In this document: positions 1 through 10,657 of the stretch, one piece after another
Numbering within the stretch: the stretch's first letter is position 1
Layout of the letters: each line of letters starts with the position of its first letter
Assembly (NCBI GenBank): GCA_017410525.1
Contig: JAFQQQ010000002.1
Location: forward strand, 205,591 to 269,590
From: Bacilli bacterium
Lineage (GTDB): Bacteria; Bacillota_I; Bacilli_A; RF39; UBA660
DNA length: 64,000 bases
Direction of reading: 5' to 3'
Program-made: the position numbers and the translations under genes
The notes under the pieces: model-generated
Database searches by the model: none
Told to the model about the DNA's origin: nothing
The model's input: the letters and a program-made list of their open reading frames with translations, nothing else

Positions 1-475
1 TATTCAATTAAATGATCCGCTTGAGCAACACCTGTATTAAATAGTAGGCTATTACCAAACATTTCTTCTTTTCTTGCTGTATATTTACCTTCGAGTAAGT
101 TTCCTGTAACTATTACATATTTAACTCCATTTTCAGCAAACTTCCTATACATATCATTTAATTTAGATATTTGTTCATATTTAGAACCGAATCTTAAATC
201 AGATATAACTCCAATTTTAGTATTAGAGTCTAAATCCTCGTCAATCTTATATGTATATTGTTTAGATAAATCGGGATTGTTATTTATTTTTATTTCAATC
301 TTATCTGATTTTTCATAAACTTTAACAATTATCTCTTGATCTTTTAGTTTTGAAATATATCCATATAAGGCGAAATCGCTTATTTCTAGTTCTTTACAAA
401 GATTTTCTACTGTAGAACCTTTTTCTAAAACATCTTTTAAATAATCTAATATTTCTTTTTCTGTTTTTGCCATAA
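1..475 (-). CDS. Winged-helix/HTH domain plus calcineurin-like metallophosphoesterase; N-terminus in window (start ~475), C-terminus runs off window start
   Basis: Reverse translation from the cat at 473-475 gives MAKTEKEILDYLKDVLEKGSTVENLCKELEISDF...GVISDLRFGSKYEQ...VIVTGNLLEG. GGAGG RBS upstream (revcomp of 481-486). The GDxHG-like metallophosphatase motif was recognised from memory. Confidence 0.5.
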
Positions 476-676
476 TTTACCTCCATAAAAAACAAAAAGA
501 GAACACAAAATCAAAAAGCGCTCTCTTTAAATGATAAATAGAATGATTTTAATATAAGATTTAGTTTATTCATGTTCTCACATCCTACTACTATTCTAAA
601 CTGATTATAACACTTCTCTAACTCATAAACAAGTCTTTTTTTGATTTTTTTTCATAATCTTTATTAGAGGTGAATT

Positions 677-1852
677 ATGAAAAAGATTTTAATGTGTTTT
701 ATTTGTTTATTTATGGTAATTCCTTTTGTTAATATGTATGCAGAAGAAGTTAAGGAAGAAAAAAGTAATGTGTTAGCTAAAAACGCTAAAAGTGCTATTT
801 TACTTGAAGAAAGTACAGGTGAAATACTTTATGAGTTTAATTCTCATGAGAAATTAGAGCCTGCAAGTATGACTAAGATGATGAGTTTATTACTTATAAT
901 GGAAGCTATAGAAAAAGATGTAATAAAGTGGGATCAAATCATAACAGTATCATCTAATGCTTCTGGTATGGGTGGAAGTCAAATACTTCTTGAAACTGGT
1001 GAAAAGATGAGTGTTGATGACTTAGTTAAAGGTGTTGCTATTGCTTCGGGTAATGATGCAGTAGTTGCTTTAGCGGAAGCAATTGCTGGAACAGAAGAAA
1101 ACTTTGTAAAAATGATGAATGATAAATTAGTTGAATTAGGACTTAAAGATAGTAATTTTAAAAATTGTCATGGATTAGATGAGGAAGGCCACTATTCAAG
1201 TGCTTATGATATGGCCCATATTGCTCGTGAACTTGTTAAACATGAAAAGATATTAGAATATTCTAGTATATATGAAACATATTTAAGGGAGGGTACAGAT
1301 AAAAAAATATGGTTAGTTAATACTAATAAATTAGTTAGATTTAAAAGCGGTGTAGATGGACTTAAAACTGGTTATACAGAAGGAGCAGGATTTTGTTTAA
1401 CTGCTACAATGAAACAAAATGATATGAGAGTTATCGCTACAGTAATGGGGGAACCTGATAGTCAGACAAGAAACAATGAAGTATCTTCTATGCTTGATTA
1501 TGCTTTTGCTCAAGTAGGAATAAAAAAGGTATTGTCAAAAAGTAGTGTGGTTGAAAAAATAAGTTTATCAAAATCTAAATTAGATGAAATAGAAATTGTT
1601 CCTGTTAAAGATGTTACAGTTTTATACAAAAAGGTAGAAGGAGAAATAACTCCTACATATGAAATAAAATTAGATGAAGTTAGTGTTCCTATAAAAAAAG
1701 GTGATGTAGTAGGAACTTTATATGTTATGAATAATGATGAAGTAATAAATGAAATAGATTTAACTGTTAAAGAAGATGTGGAAAAGTGTAATTTATTTGA
1801 ATTATACTGGAAATATTTAAAAAATATAATAGGTGGTAATATTAAGTTTTAA
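677..1852 (+). CDS. dacF: D-alanyl-D-alanine carboxypeptidase (serine-type, PBP5-like, sporulation-type DacF/DacB-like)
   Basis: Signal peptide, SxxK (SMTKMM), SGN and KTG motifs in order, and a C-terminal PBP5 beta domain. RBS AGAGGTG lies 6 nt upstream. Confidence 0.8.
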   Translation: MKKILMCFICLFMVIPFVNMYAEEVKEEKSNVLAKNAKSAILLEESTGEILYEFNSHEKLEPASMTKMMSLLLIMEAIEKDVIKWDQIITVSSNASGMGGSQILLETGEKMSVDDLVKGVAIASGNDAVVALAEAIAGTEENFVKMMNDKLVELGLKDSNFKNCHGLDEEGHYSSAYDMAHIARELVKHEKILEYSSIYETYLREGTDKKIWLVNTNKLVRFKSGVDGLKTGYTEGAGFCLTATMKQNDMRVIATVMGEPDSQTRNNEVSSMLDYAFAQVGIKKVLSKSSVVEKISLSKSKLDEIEIVPVKDVTVLYKKVEGEITPTYEIKLDEVSVPIKKGDVVGTLYVMNNDEVINEIDLTVKEDVEKCNLFELYWKYLKNIIGGNIKF

Positions 1853-1942
1853 GAGATGAGAATCTCTTTTAATTTTAAATGGCGAAATATTTACTTTTTT
1901 TTATATGAGTGATATAATCTTTATAAGAATAAGGAGGTATGT

Positions 1943-3559
1943 ATGAGAGAAGTATATATATTTGGACATAAAAAGCCTGATACAGATTCAGTAACTTCAG
2001 CTATAGCCTTATCTTATTTGAAAAATCAGATAGGTATTAAATCTAAACCTGTGGTATTAGGAGATATAAATAAAGAGACTCATTTTGTGTTAAAATATTT
2101 TAATATAGAAAAACCAGAATACTTAGAAGATGTTAAACTACAAATAAAAGATTTAAATTATTATAAAGATTGTTACGTAAGTAAGTTTGACTCGATTAGA
2201 AAAACATATGACTATATGGGAAGCAAAAATATTACGGGTGTTCCTATTGTAGATAATGAAAAAAAGTTTATAGGTCTTCTAACTTCTAAAATGATTGGTT
2301 CCGAATTAATAAATGGTAATTTTACTAAATTAAATACATCCTATGATAATATTTTGGATGTGCTTAAAGGGGAAGAAATTCTAAGATTTGATGACGAAAT
2401 AAGTGGTAATATATTAGCTGCTTCTTTTAGAAGTACAACTATTTTAAATACAGTAGAATTTAGAAAAGATACAATAATGATTATAGGAGATAGGCATAGC
2501 GTTATAGAAGCTGCGGTTAATAGTTATATAAAATTGTTAGTAATAGTAGGTAATTTAGAAATAAAAGAAGAACACTTATCTATTGCTAGACAAAATAAGG
2601 TAAATATTATAAGAACTCATTTTGATACATTTCATACAGCTAAATTGATAGGTTTATCTAATTATGTAGATAATTTACTTACTGATACTAGAACTATTAG
2701 TTTTAACGAAAATGATTACTATGATGATTTTAAAGATAAAAGTGTAAAATTAGGGCACAATAACTATCCAGTAATAGATGATAGTGGAATATGTTTAGGA
2801 CTTATAAGAATTACTGATATTAAAAATATGAATAGAAAACAAGTAATACTTGTAGATCATAATGAGGCTGTTCAAAGTATTGATGGGCTTGATGAAGCAG
2901 AAATATTAGAAATAATAGATCACCACAATATTAGTTCATTAACAACTAAGATGCCAATCAATTTTAGAAATATGACAGTAGGTAGTACTAATACAATTAT
3001 TTATTCGATATTTAATGAAAGTAATATAAATATTCCAAGTGACATTGCTGGTATTATGTTAAGTGGTATTATTTCTGATACATTAAAGTTTACTAGCCCA
3101 ACAACTACTGAATATGATAAATATGTAGCTTATAGACTTGCAGATATTGCTCAAATTAACATAGATGTATATTCTAATAAAATGTTTAAAGCGGGAACTG
3201 ATTTAAAGGGAAAAACAATTCAAGAAATTATTCAAGGGGATATGAAAATATATGAATCTAATAATGAAAGAATTGCTATATCACAAGTAATAACTTTAAA
3301 TTCAGAAGATATATTAGAAAAACGAGAAGAATATATTAAGAAAATAAATGAGATGAAAGAAAATAGAGGTTACGATATAATGGTAGTATGTGTAACTGAT
3401 ATAATTAAGGACGGTTCATATATATTCTTTGATGAATCAAGTAAAAGTGAGATCGCTAACGCGTTTGGATTTGAAGAAATAGAACAAGGTTATTTTTTCT
3501 CAAAATGTTTATCTAGAAAAAAACAATTAGCGCCCCTAATTATGAGTGTAGTAAAATAG
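1943..3559 (+). CDS. ppaC: CBS-domain-containing family II (Mn-dependent, DHH/DHHA2) inorganic pyrophosphatase
   Basis: The N-terminus MREVYIFGHKKPDTDSV (DHH motif) is followed by a CBS pair insertion and a DHHA2 C-terminus. At 538 aa it is typical of CBS-PPases. RBS AAGGAGG. Confidence 0.75.
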   Translation: MREVYIFGHKKPDTDSVTSAIALSYLKNQIGIKSKPVVLGDINKETHFVLKYFNIEKPEYLEDVKLQIKDLNYYKDCYVSKFDSIRKTYDYMGSKNITGVPIVDNEKKFIGLLTSKMIGSELINGNFTKLNTSYDNILDVLKGEEILRFDDEISGNILAASFRSTTILNTVEFRKDTIMIIGDRHSVIEAAVNSYIKLLVIVGNLEIKEEHLSIARQNKVNIIRTHFDTFHTAKLIGLSNYVDNLLTDTRTISFNENDYYDDFKDKSVKLGHNNYPVIDDSGICLGLIRITDIKNMNRKQVILVDHNEAVQSIDGLDEAEILEIIDHHNISSLTTKMPINFRNMTVGSTNTIIYSIFNESNINIPSDIAGIMLSGIISDTLKFTSPTTTEYDKYVAYRLADIAQINIDVYSNKMFKAGTDLKGKTIQEIIQGDMKIYESNNERIAISQVITLNSEDILEKREEYIKKINEMKENRGYDIMVVCVTDIIKDGSYIFFDESSKSEIANAFGFEEIEQGYFFSKCLSRKKQLAPLIMSVVK

Positions 3560-3641
3560 TGTTAAACCACTATTTTTTTCTATTTATCAATTGATATTAA
3601 CTCTTTTCTATGATAAAATTAATAAAGAATGAAGGTGTATT

Positions 3642-4163
3642 ATGGAAGTTTATGTACCAGATATTTATCAAGAAAATATATATAAATTAAATTATGAAAC
3701 TCTACTTTCTAGGGGGATTAAATGCTTGTTTTTTGATTTAGATAATACTATAGCTAAAGTTAAAGATACAATGCCTAAAGATGCTGTAAAAGAATTATTT
3801 GATAATTTAAAAAGAAAAGGTTTTAAAATACTTATTACTTCTAATAGTATTAAGGCTAGGGTAAAACCATTTGCAGAAGAATTGAAAGTAGATTATATAT
3901 CAAGTTGTAAGAAACCTAATATAGAAAAAATAGATGAGTTTATAAAAAATAGTAAATTTGGATTAGATGAGATAGCTATAATAGGGGACTCTATGATGGA
4001 TGATGTAGTATGTGGAAACACAATAGGTATAACTACTGTACTATTAGATCAAATGAGTAAAATGGAATTTCCTATTGCTCGTTTAAAAAGAATTAAAGAA
4101 AAAAGAATACAAAAAAAATTAAGAGATAAAAATCTGTTTACTAAAGGAAGATATTATGTCTAA
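3642..4163 (+). CDS. yqeG: YqeG-family HAD-IIIA phosphatase
   Basis: HAD motif I FFDLDNT, about 170 aa, and the conserved synteny directly upstream of yqeH. Confidence 0.7.
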   Translation: MEVYVPDIYQENIYKLNYETLLSRGIKCLFFDLDNTIAKVKDTMPKDAVKELFDNLKRKGFKILITSNSIKARVKPFAEELKVDYISSCKKPNIEKIDEFIKNSKFGLDEIAIIGDSMMDDVVCGNTIGITTVLLDQMSKMEFPIARLKRIKEKRIQKKLRDKNLFTKGRYYV

Positions 4164-5145
4164 ATGTATAGGTTGTGGAGTAAAATTACAAACTATAAAT
4201 AATAAGACTCTAGGTTATACTACTAATTTAGATAATAAATTATGTGAAAGATGTTTTAGAATAAGAAATTACAACGATTATAAATTTGTTATAAAAGATA
4301 ATACTGATTATATAAATATTTTAAAAGATATAAATAAGACTAATGATTTAGTAGTGCTTGTAGTAGATTTATTTAATATAAGTCAATATTTAAATGATAT
4401 ATCAAAATATATAGATAATAACGTCTTACTTGTATTAACTAAAAGAGATATATTACCTAAATCTTGTTATGATGAAAAGTTTAAACAATACTTTAAAAAT
4501 TATAATCTAAATATATTAGATACAGTAGTAGTAAGTAGTAATAAAAATTATAATTTAGATACACTTTATGAAAAAATAAATAGTTATAAAACAAGTAATA
4601 AAGTATATGTAGTGGGGTTTACTAATTCTGGCAAAAGTACTTTGATAAATAAAATAATTTATAATTATTCAAATAATGATATGGTTATAACTACTAGTAA
4701 TTTACCATCTACTACAATTGATTCTATAACTGTTAAAGTAAATGATGATTTAATTTTAATAGATACTCCAGGACTACTTGATGATGCAGATATAATTAAT
4801 TTTATAGATTCAAAAACTCTAAAAAGAATTATTCCAAATAGAGAAATAAAACCTATTACATATCAAATAAAAGATAAACAAACTATATTAATAGATGAAT
4901 TAGTTAGGTTAGATTTAATAGATAAAAATAATATGACTGTTTATATGTCTAATAATTTGGAAATAAAAAGATTATTTAAAGATACAAACGATTTAAAAAA
5001 TTTAAAAAAACATGAGTTAGATATAAGCGATGATAATGATGTGGTAATACAGGGGCTTGGATTTATAAAATTCACACATAAATCAAAAATAGTTTTATAT
5101 ACAAAGGAAAATGTTGCTGTTTATGTTAGAAAGAACTTAATATAA
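4156..5145 (+). CDS. yqeH: Ribosome-biogenesis GTPase YqeH (circularly permuted GTPase with N-terminal zinc ribbon)
   Basis: N-terminal CxGCG...CxRC zinc ribbon, permuted G motifs (TKRD ... GFTNSGKST ... DTPG) and start overlapping yqeG as in Bacillus. Confidence 0.8.
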   Translation: MSKCIGCGVKLQTINNKTLGYTTNLDNKLCERCFRIRNYNDYKFVIKDNTDYINILKDINKTNDLVVLVVDLFNISQYLNDISKYIDNNVLLVLTKRDILPKSCYDEKFKQYFKNYNLNILDTVVVSSNKNYNLDTLYEKINSYKTSNKVYVVGFTNSGKSTLINKIIYNYSNNDMVITTSNLPSTTIDSITVKVNDDLILIDTPGLLDDADIINFIDSKTLKRIIPNREIKPITYQIKDKQTILIDELVRLDLIDKNNMTVYMSNNLEIKRLFKDTNDLKNLKKHELDISDDNDVVIQGLGFIKFTHKSKIVLYTKENVAVYVRKNLI

Positions 5146-5154
5146 GGTGATAAT

Positions 5155-6000
5155 ATGAAAAATAAAACAGAAAAAAATAATAATTTATTTATAATAATTT
5201 TATTTGCTATTGTGTTAGTTTTAGTATTGTTTTTGCCTAAAATTTATGAGTTTATAGAAGCTGAGAAGTTACCTGAAGTAGAAAAAAAAGAAGAAAAAGA
5301 AGAAACGGAAGAAAAAATAGTAAATGAAGAAACATTGAAAAATATACATTTTCCAATAATGAGAAATAGCGTTTATGATTTTAATACGTATTATAGTTTA
5401 GATAAGTTTACTATTTCAAATATGTCTAATAATGATATATTATATAATGCTTTTATGGATATATATGAAGGCAATATGACAACGTCAAATATTACTGGCA
5501 GTTGTACATCAACACCAAAACAATTTAGTGTGGATTATCTAGAACTTAGAATTAAAAATATACTTGGTAAAAATGTAAAGTATAATTTAGAATCATTCTA
5601 TGTACCAGAAGATTCAACTAGTAACTATAAGGGAACTTGGGTTTATGATAGTATTAATGGTAGATTTATTTATAATGGTTTATGTTCTTATAAGGCAACC
5701 AATACTAAGTATTATAATTTAGAAGAATTAATAAGTGCTAAATACAAAGATAGCGATATTGTTGTAAATTATTATGTAGGATTTGCTAAAGTAGTAGATA
5801 ACAACTATGTAATTTATAGCGATGCTGGCATGACAAAAGAAATACATAATGGAACATTTACTTCTTTAGAAGATTTAAATAATATATTTAAATCAATTAA
5901 TAAAAACAATAAAAAAATATATAAATATGTATTTAAAAACACATTGTGTAGTTATAATGAATATTGTTTATATGAAGGAAAATGGGTAAATGAAGTTTAA
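5155..6000 (+). CDS. Hypothetical membrane-anchored (N-terminal TM) exported protein, Asn/Tyr-rich
   Basis: Single N-terminal TM helix followed by a Lys/Glu-rich linker. No recognisable catalytic motifs. Confidence 0.45.
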   Translation: MKNKTEKNNNLFIIILFAIVLVLVLFLPKIYEFIEAEKLPEVEKKEEKEETEEKIVNEETLKNIHFPIMRNSVYDFNTYYSLDKFTISNMSNNDILYNAFMDIYEGNMTTSNITGSCTSTPKQFSVDYLELRIKNILGKNVKYNLESFYVPEDSTSNYKGTWVYDSINGRFIYNGLCSYKATNTKYYNLEELISAKYKDSDIVVNYYVGFAKVVDNNYVIYSDAGMTKEIHNGTFTSLEDLNNIFKSINKNNKKIYKYVFKNTLCSYNEYCLYEGKWVNEV

Positions 6001-6289
6001 TAATGATGGTTTTAATGAAAGAATGAATTATATTCATAATTCTAATGATTTAAATAAAATAAAAAACAATCCAAATAACTTTGATAATTCGTTTGCTAAA
6101 ATGAGAACAGAAGAAAGAAGAAATTTAGTGACTACAATTAATCATGATAAAGTATTAGTAACTGAGGAAGTTAGAGGTAATAAAGATAATTTCTTAATTA
6201 GAAATAACAATATAAATAGAATAAATGCAAAACCTAATATTAATAACCCAGTAAGTAATGCGTTAAATAGAAATATGTTTAAAAGATAG
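5990..6289 (+). CDS. Hypothetical small Asn-rich protein
   Basis: 99-aa ORF overlapping the previous stop, with low-complexity N-rich composition. Terminator hairpin directly downstream at about 6283-6302. Confidence 0.3.
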   Translation: MKFNNDGFNERMNYIHNSNDLNKIKNNPNNFDNSFAKMRTEERRNLVTTINHDKVLVTEEVRGNKDNFLIRNNNINRINAKPNINNPVSNALNRNMFKR

Positions 6290-6507
6290 GTTGCTATCTT
6301 TTTTATATAAAAATTTAATTTTATGTATTGTAATTTAAAAAAAATTATAATATAATTAAGAAGACGTTTTGCAAAGAATCTACAATTTATTAAAAAACAA
6401 CTAGATGGCTACATTTAAAAATGTGGTTTTTTGTGTTATGTAAAAGAAAAGAAAGGAGAGTATGGATGATAAATTGTTGATTCTTTCTAGGAAGGAGTTG
6501 AATAAAA

Positions 6508-7488
6508 ATGTCATTCATCGAGGTTAAACATATAAATAAATCATTTAAGGTACCTATAAAGTCTAATGGAAGATTTGGCGCTTTAAAAACTTTCTTTAGT
6601 AGAAAATATAATTATATTAAAGCTATTAATGATATTTCGTTTTCTATTAAGAAAGGAGAAATAGTTGGTTACATTGGTCCAAATGGGGCAGGTAAGTCTA
6701 CAACAATAAAAATGTTATCTGGAATACTTGTGCCTGATAGTGGTAGTATTGTAATTGACAAAATGACACCTTGGAAGGATAGAAGAAAATATGTATCTAA
6801 AATAGGTGTTGTATTTGGCCAAAGAAGTCAATTATGGTGGGATATACCAGCTATTGATTCATTTAATTTGCTTAAAGATATTTATAAATTAGATGATAGG
6901 GAATATAAAAAAACATTAAATGAATTAATAGAGTTATTAAACTTAAAAGATATAATAAATATACCAGTAAGAAATTTAAGTTTAGGTAATAGAATGAAAT
7001 GCGAAATAGCGGCATCACTCATTCATAAGCCTAAAATACTATTTTTAGATGAACCTACTATAGGGTTAGATGCAATATCTAAAAAAACAGTTAGAGAATT
7101 TATAAAAAAGATAAATAGACAAAATAAAGTTACAGTAATATTAACGACTCATGATATGGCAGATATAGAAGCTCTAGCTAAAAGAATTATTTTAATTGGT
7201 AAAGGTAAATTATTATATGATGGATCACTTTCTAAATTAAAAAGAAAATATGATTATTTAAGAAAAATAACGGTAATAACTAAAGATAAAATAAAAATAG
7301 AAGAAGATTATATAATAGAAGAAAAAAATATTGACGGTGGAATTGAATTTATAATAGACATAAGAAAAATTGAAATAAATGATTTTATAAAACTAGTATC
7401 ATCTAAAATATCTATAAGTGATATTGATATAGATAGTGGTAATATTGATGAATTAATTGTTAAATTATATGAGGATTTTAAAATATGA
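6508..7488 (+). CDS. ABC transporter ATP-binding protein (ABC-2 type exporter ATPase)
   Basis: Walker A GPNGAGKST, signature LSLGNRMK and Walker B LFLDEPT. RBS AGGAAGGAG. Confidence 0.85.
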   Translation: MSFIEVKHINKSFKVPIKSNGRFGALKTFFSRKYNYIKAINDISFSIKKGEIVGYIGPNGAGKSTTIKMLSGILVPDSGSIVIDKMTPWKDRRKYVSKIGVVFGQRSQLWWDIPAIDSFNLLKDIYKLDDREYKKTLNELIELLNLKDIINIPVRNLSLGNRMKCEIAASLIHKPKILFLDEPTIGLDAISKKTVREFIKKINRQNKVTVILTTHDMADIEALAKRIILIGKGKLLYDGSLSKLKRKYDYLRKITVITKDKIKIEEDYIIEEKNIDGGIEFIIDIRKIEINDFIKLVSSKISISDIDIDSGNIDELIVKLYEDFKI

Positions 7489-8288
7489 AGTCTTATATAA
7501 CATATTTTAAATTAAAGTTTAAAACAGGACTTCAATATAGAGCTGCTGCTTTAGCAGGTATGGCTACTCAAGTATTCTTTGGATTTGTATATGTTTCAAT
7601 ATATATAGCATTCTATGAATCTGGTAGTGGTAATTTACCTATGGAATTAAATGAACTTGTAAGTTATGTTTGGATTAGCCAAAGTTTGTTAGCCCTTGTT
7701 TATATGTGGTATAAAGATAAAGAAATATTAAATATGATTAAGTCAGGTAACATTGCTTATGAATTATGTAGACCTCAAGATTTATATTTTATGTGGGCAA
7801 GTAAAATACTTGGAGAAAGACTTTCCAGTTGTGCTTTAAGATTTTTACCAGTAATTCTATTTGCTTTATTACTTCCAAGTCCATATAATTTAGATTTAAG
7901 TATTACATTACCTAGATTATTGTTATTTATGGTTGTAATGATATTATCAATTATACTTATGACAGTGCTTGTACTTTTATATCATGTAATTTGTTTAATT
8001 ACTTTAGATGACAAAGGTATAGTAAATATATTCATGGTGTTATCAGATATATTATCAGGCATGGCAATACCAATACCTTTCTTTCCAAGTTATCTTAAAA
8101 ACATATCTAATATATTACCATTTAGATATATAACTGATTTTCCATTTAGATTATATGTAGGAAATATTAGTATCAATGAAGGATTGTTTGGATTAGTAAT
8201 ACAAATCATATGGATAATAATACTTGTTATAATTGGTAGATTTATAACAAAAAAATCACTAAAGAAAGCAGTTATACAAGGTGGTTAA
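7485..8288 (+). CDS. ABC-2 family transporter permease
   Basis: Six predicted TM helices and translational coupling (ATGA overlap) with the ATPase. Confidence 0.65.
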   Translation: MKSYITYFKLKFKTGLQYRAAALAGMATQVFFGFVYVSIYIAFYESGSGNLPMELNELVSYVWISQSLLALVYMWYKDKEILNMIKSGNIAYELCRPQDLYFMWASKILGERLSSCALRFLPVILFALLLPSPYNLDLSITLPRLLLFMVVMILSIILMTVLVLLYHVICLITLDDKGIVNIFMVLSDILSGMAIPIPFFPSYLKNISNILPFRYITDFPFRLYVGNISINEGLFGLVIQIIWIIILVIIGRFITKKSLKKAVIQGG

Positions 8289-9066
8289 TATGGGATTATA
8301 TTTTAAATACTTTAAAATTCATTTTAAAAGTGAATTGCAATATAAACTATCTTTCATAATGTCATTTATAGCGCAATTCTTCGTATTCTTTGGTTATTAT
8401 TTTACAATTATTTGTTTATTTGATAAGTTCTCAAATATAAAAGGATTTACTCTCTATGAAGTGTTATTAACTTTTGGGATAATACAATTTGGATTTTCAT
8501 TTTGTGAGACATTTTTTAGAGGCATTGATCAATTTGATTATTTAATATTAAAAGGAAATTTTGATAGATTACTTTTAAGGCCTATAAATATTTTATTACA
8601 AGTGTTTTGTGAAGAAGTGAGTTTTATAAAATTATCTAGATTATTACAGTCTATTATAGTACTTATAATCGCAATAATAAAAATTGATGTAGTGTGGAAT
8701 ATAGAAAATATCATAACTTTAATATTTATGTTAATTAGTTCTATATTTATATTCCTAAGTATACTGATAATTACTGCTGCTTATTGCTTTTATACAGTAA
8801 AAGGCTTAGAAGTTAGAAATGTATTAACTTATGGATGTAGAGAGATGGCACAATATCCAATAGGTATATTTAGAAAAGGGTTTGTTATATTCTTTACTTG
8901 CATTGTACCTTTTGGATTTATAAATTATTATTCGCTTATGTTTATATTAGGTGATGTAACAAATAAATTATTAATAATTTCTCCTTTAATAACTCTTGTT
9001 TATTTAATACCAAGTGTTATAATATTTTATAAGGGTATGAAAAGATATTCTAGTGTAGGGAGTTGA
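8281..9066 (+). CDS. ABC-2 family transporter permease (second subunit)
   Basis: Polytopic membrane protein overlapping the previous gene, homologous in architecture to the 7485 permease. Confidence 0.65.
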   Translation: MVNMGLYFKYFKIHFKSELQYKLSFIMSFIAQFFVFFGYYFTIICLFDKFSNIKGFTLYEVLLTFGIIQFGFSFCETFFRGIDQFDYLILKGNFDRLLLRPINILLQVFCEEVSFIKLSRLLQSIIVLIIAIIKIDVVWNIENIITLIFMLISSIFIFLSILIITAAYCFYTVKGLEVRNVLTYGCREMAQYPIGIFRKGFVIFFTCIVPFGFINYYSLMFILGDVTNKLLIISPLITLVYLIPSVIIFYKGMKRYSSVGS

Positions 9067-9070
9067 TAAA

Positions 9071-9568
9071 ATGGAATATTTAGATTTATATGATGAAAAA
9101 GGAAATTTAATTGGTGAAAAAATACTAAGAACTAAAGGTATGAAACCACAAGATGATAAATATATAAAAATAGTTCTAGTATTTATAAAAAATGATGAAA
9201 ATAAATTTTTAATGCAAAAAACATCAAAGGAAAAAGGTAGTGTTTGGGCAACTACTGGTGGACTTGTTTCGTCTGGATATACTCCAGATGAAACAGTCGT
9301 AAAAGAAATAGAGGAAGAATTAGGTTTAGTAATAGAATTTAAAGAGTTAAAACACATAGAAACAATAAAAAGAAAACATGTTTTTCAAGATACTTACTAT
9401 TTAGAAAAAAATATAAATATTGAAGATTTAAAAATTCAAGAAGAAGAAGTAGAATTCGTTAAATGGTTAAGTGTCGGTGAAATAAATGAATTAATAAAAA
9501 ATGGTGAATTTAGAGAGGGTAATATTCTTGCTTTCAATAATTTATTAGAAAAAGAAAAATTAATATAA
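9071..9568 (+). CDS. NUDIX hydrolase
   Basis: Nudix box GGLVSSGYTPDETVVKEIEEELGL (Gx5Ex7REUxEExGU). Confidence 0.75.
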   Translation: MEYLDLYDEKGNLIGEKILRTKGMKPQDDKYIKIVLVFIKNDENKFLMQKTSKEKGSVWATTGGLVSSGYTPDETVVKEIEEELGLVIEFKELKHIETIKRKHVFQDTYYLEKNINIEDLKIQEEEVEFVKWLSVGEINELIKNGEFREGNILAFNNLLEKEKLI

Positions 9569-9630
9569 AAAATTTTTCTTTTTTTATAGAAAATAGTATG
9601 CATTTATGATATAGTTTAAGTGGTGGTACT

Positions 9631-10149
9631 ATGTATATTATTTCTGATGATATAAAACTTTCAGTATTAGAAGATAAGGAAGAAAATTATAAGTTATTAG
9701 AAAAATGGTGTAATAGAGAAGAAATATATAAACATTTCGAGCAAAGAATTTTAAAATATGATGAAATAGTTAATAAATATAAACCAAGGTGTAATATAAA
9801 TGCAGAAGTTCCTGTTTATATGATATATTATAAAAATAAAAAGATAGGGATTATTCAATATAAAAATATAAAGTCCAATACTTATGAATTTGATATTTTT
9901 ATTGGTGAAGTCAATCTGCACAGTAAAGGTTTGGGAGAAAAAGTAATAAAACTTATAACTAATTATTTGATTGATAATAAAGGCGCCGAAACATTCTTGC
10001 TTTGTCCGTTAAAAGAAAACGAGAAGGCTATAAAATGTTATAAAAAATGTGGATATAAAATAGTGAAAGAATATAAAGATTTTAATACGATTGGTGAAGA
10101 GAAAGAATATGTTATGATGGAGTATAATTATGAAAACAATTCTTTATAA
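9631..10149 (+). CDS. GNAT family N-acetyltransferase
   Basis: About 170 aa with GNAT-like motif-A region (..SKGLGEKVIKLITNYL..); recognised from memory of the AAC(6')/GNAT pattern. Confidence 0.55.
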   Translation: MYIISDDIKLSVLEDKEENYKLLEKWCNREEIYKHFEQRILKYDEIVNKYKPRCNINAEVPVYMIYYKNKKIGIIQYKNIKSNTYEFDIFIGEVNLHSKGLGEKVIKLITNYLIDNKGAETFLLCPLKENEKAIKCYKKCGYKIVKEYKDFNTIGEEKEYVMMEYNYENNSL

Positions 10150-10636
10150 TTATGATAATTTGAAAGAAGAAAATATAAATAGAACAACTAGAAGAGCAAA
10201 AGCACTTATAATTAATTCTCAGGATAAAATATTGTTTGCTCATTCAAAAAATAATTATTTTTTTGTAGGTGGTAGAGTAGAAGAAAATGAAACATTTGAT
10301 GAATGCATTGTTAGAGAAACAAAAGAGGAAACAGGAATAGATTTGCCTTTAGAAAAAAGAGAACCTTTTTTTACTATAACTTATATGAATAAGGATTATC
10401 CTAGCTTAGGTGTTAATACTAAATCAATTACTAATTACTATTTAGTTAAGTGTGATACTAAACCTGATTTAAATGAGATAACTTTAACAGAAGAAGAAAA
10501 AAATAATAATTTTAAATTAGTTTATATTCATAAAGATAAAGCACTTGAAGAATTAAATAATAATTTAGATAATTGTTCTAATAAAAATGTAGTTAGGGAT
10601 ACAATAGAAGTTATGAAAGAATATTTAAAAATATAA
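10130..10636 (+). CDS. NUDIX hydrolase (second)
   Basis: Nudix box GGRVEENETFDECIVRETKEETGI. Confidence 0.75.
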   Translation: MKTILYNYDNLKEENINRTTRRAKALIINSQDKILFAHSKNNYFFVGGRVEENETFDECIVRETKEETGIDLPLEKREPFFTITYMNKDYPSLGVNTKSITNYYLVKCDTKPDLNEITLTEEEKNNNFKLVYIHKDKALEELNNNLDNCSNKNVVRDTIEVMKEYLKI

Positions 10637-10657
10637 TAAATTAATTCAGGAGGGTTT

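Noticed and set aside
5155-6289. Asn-rich ORF pair as a novel secreted repeat-protein system.
   Set aside because: It has only low-complexity composition typical of AT-rich genomes, with no repeats, motifs or partner genes to support anything beyond hypothetical proteins.
9004-9357. Minus-strand ORFs in the supplied track that lie wholly inside plus-strand genes, e.g. 9004-9357, 12555-12749, 14959-15168, 17993-18760, 43492-43989, 45711-46289.
   Set aside because: They overlap confidently assigned + strand genes with clear motifs. They lack RBS, have low-complexity composition, and are the expected antisense open frames of AT-rich DNA.
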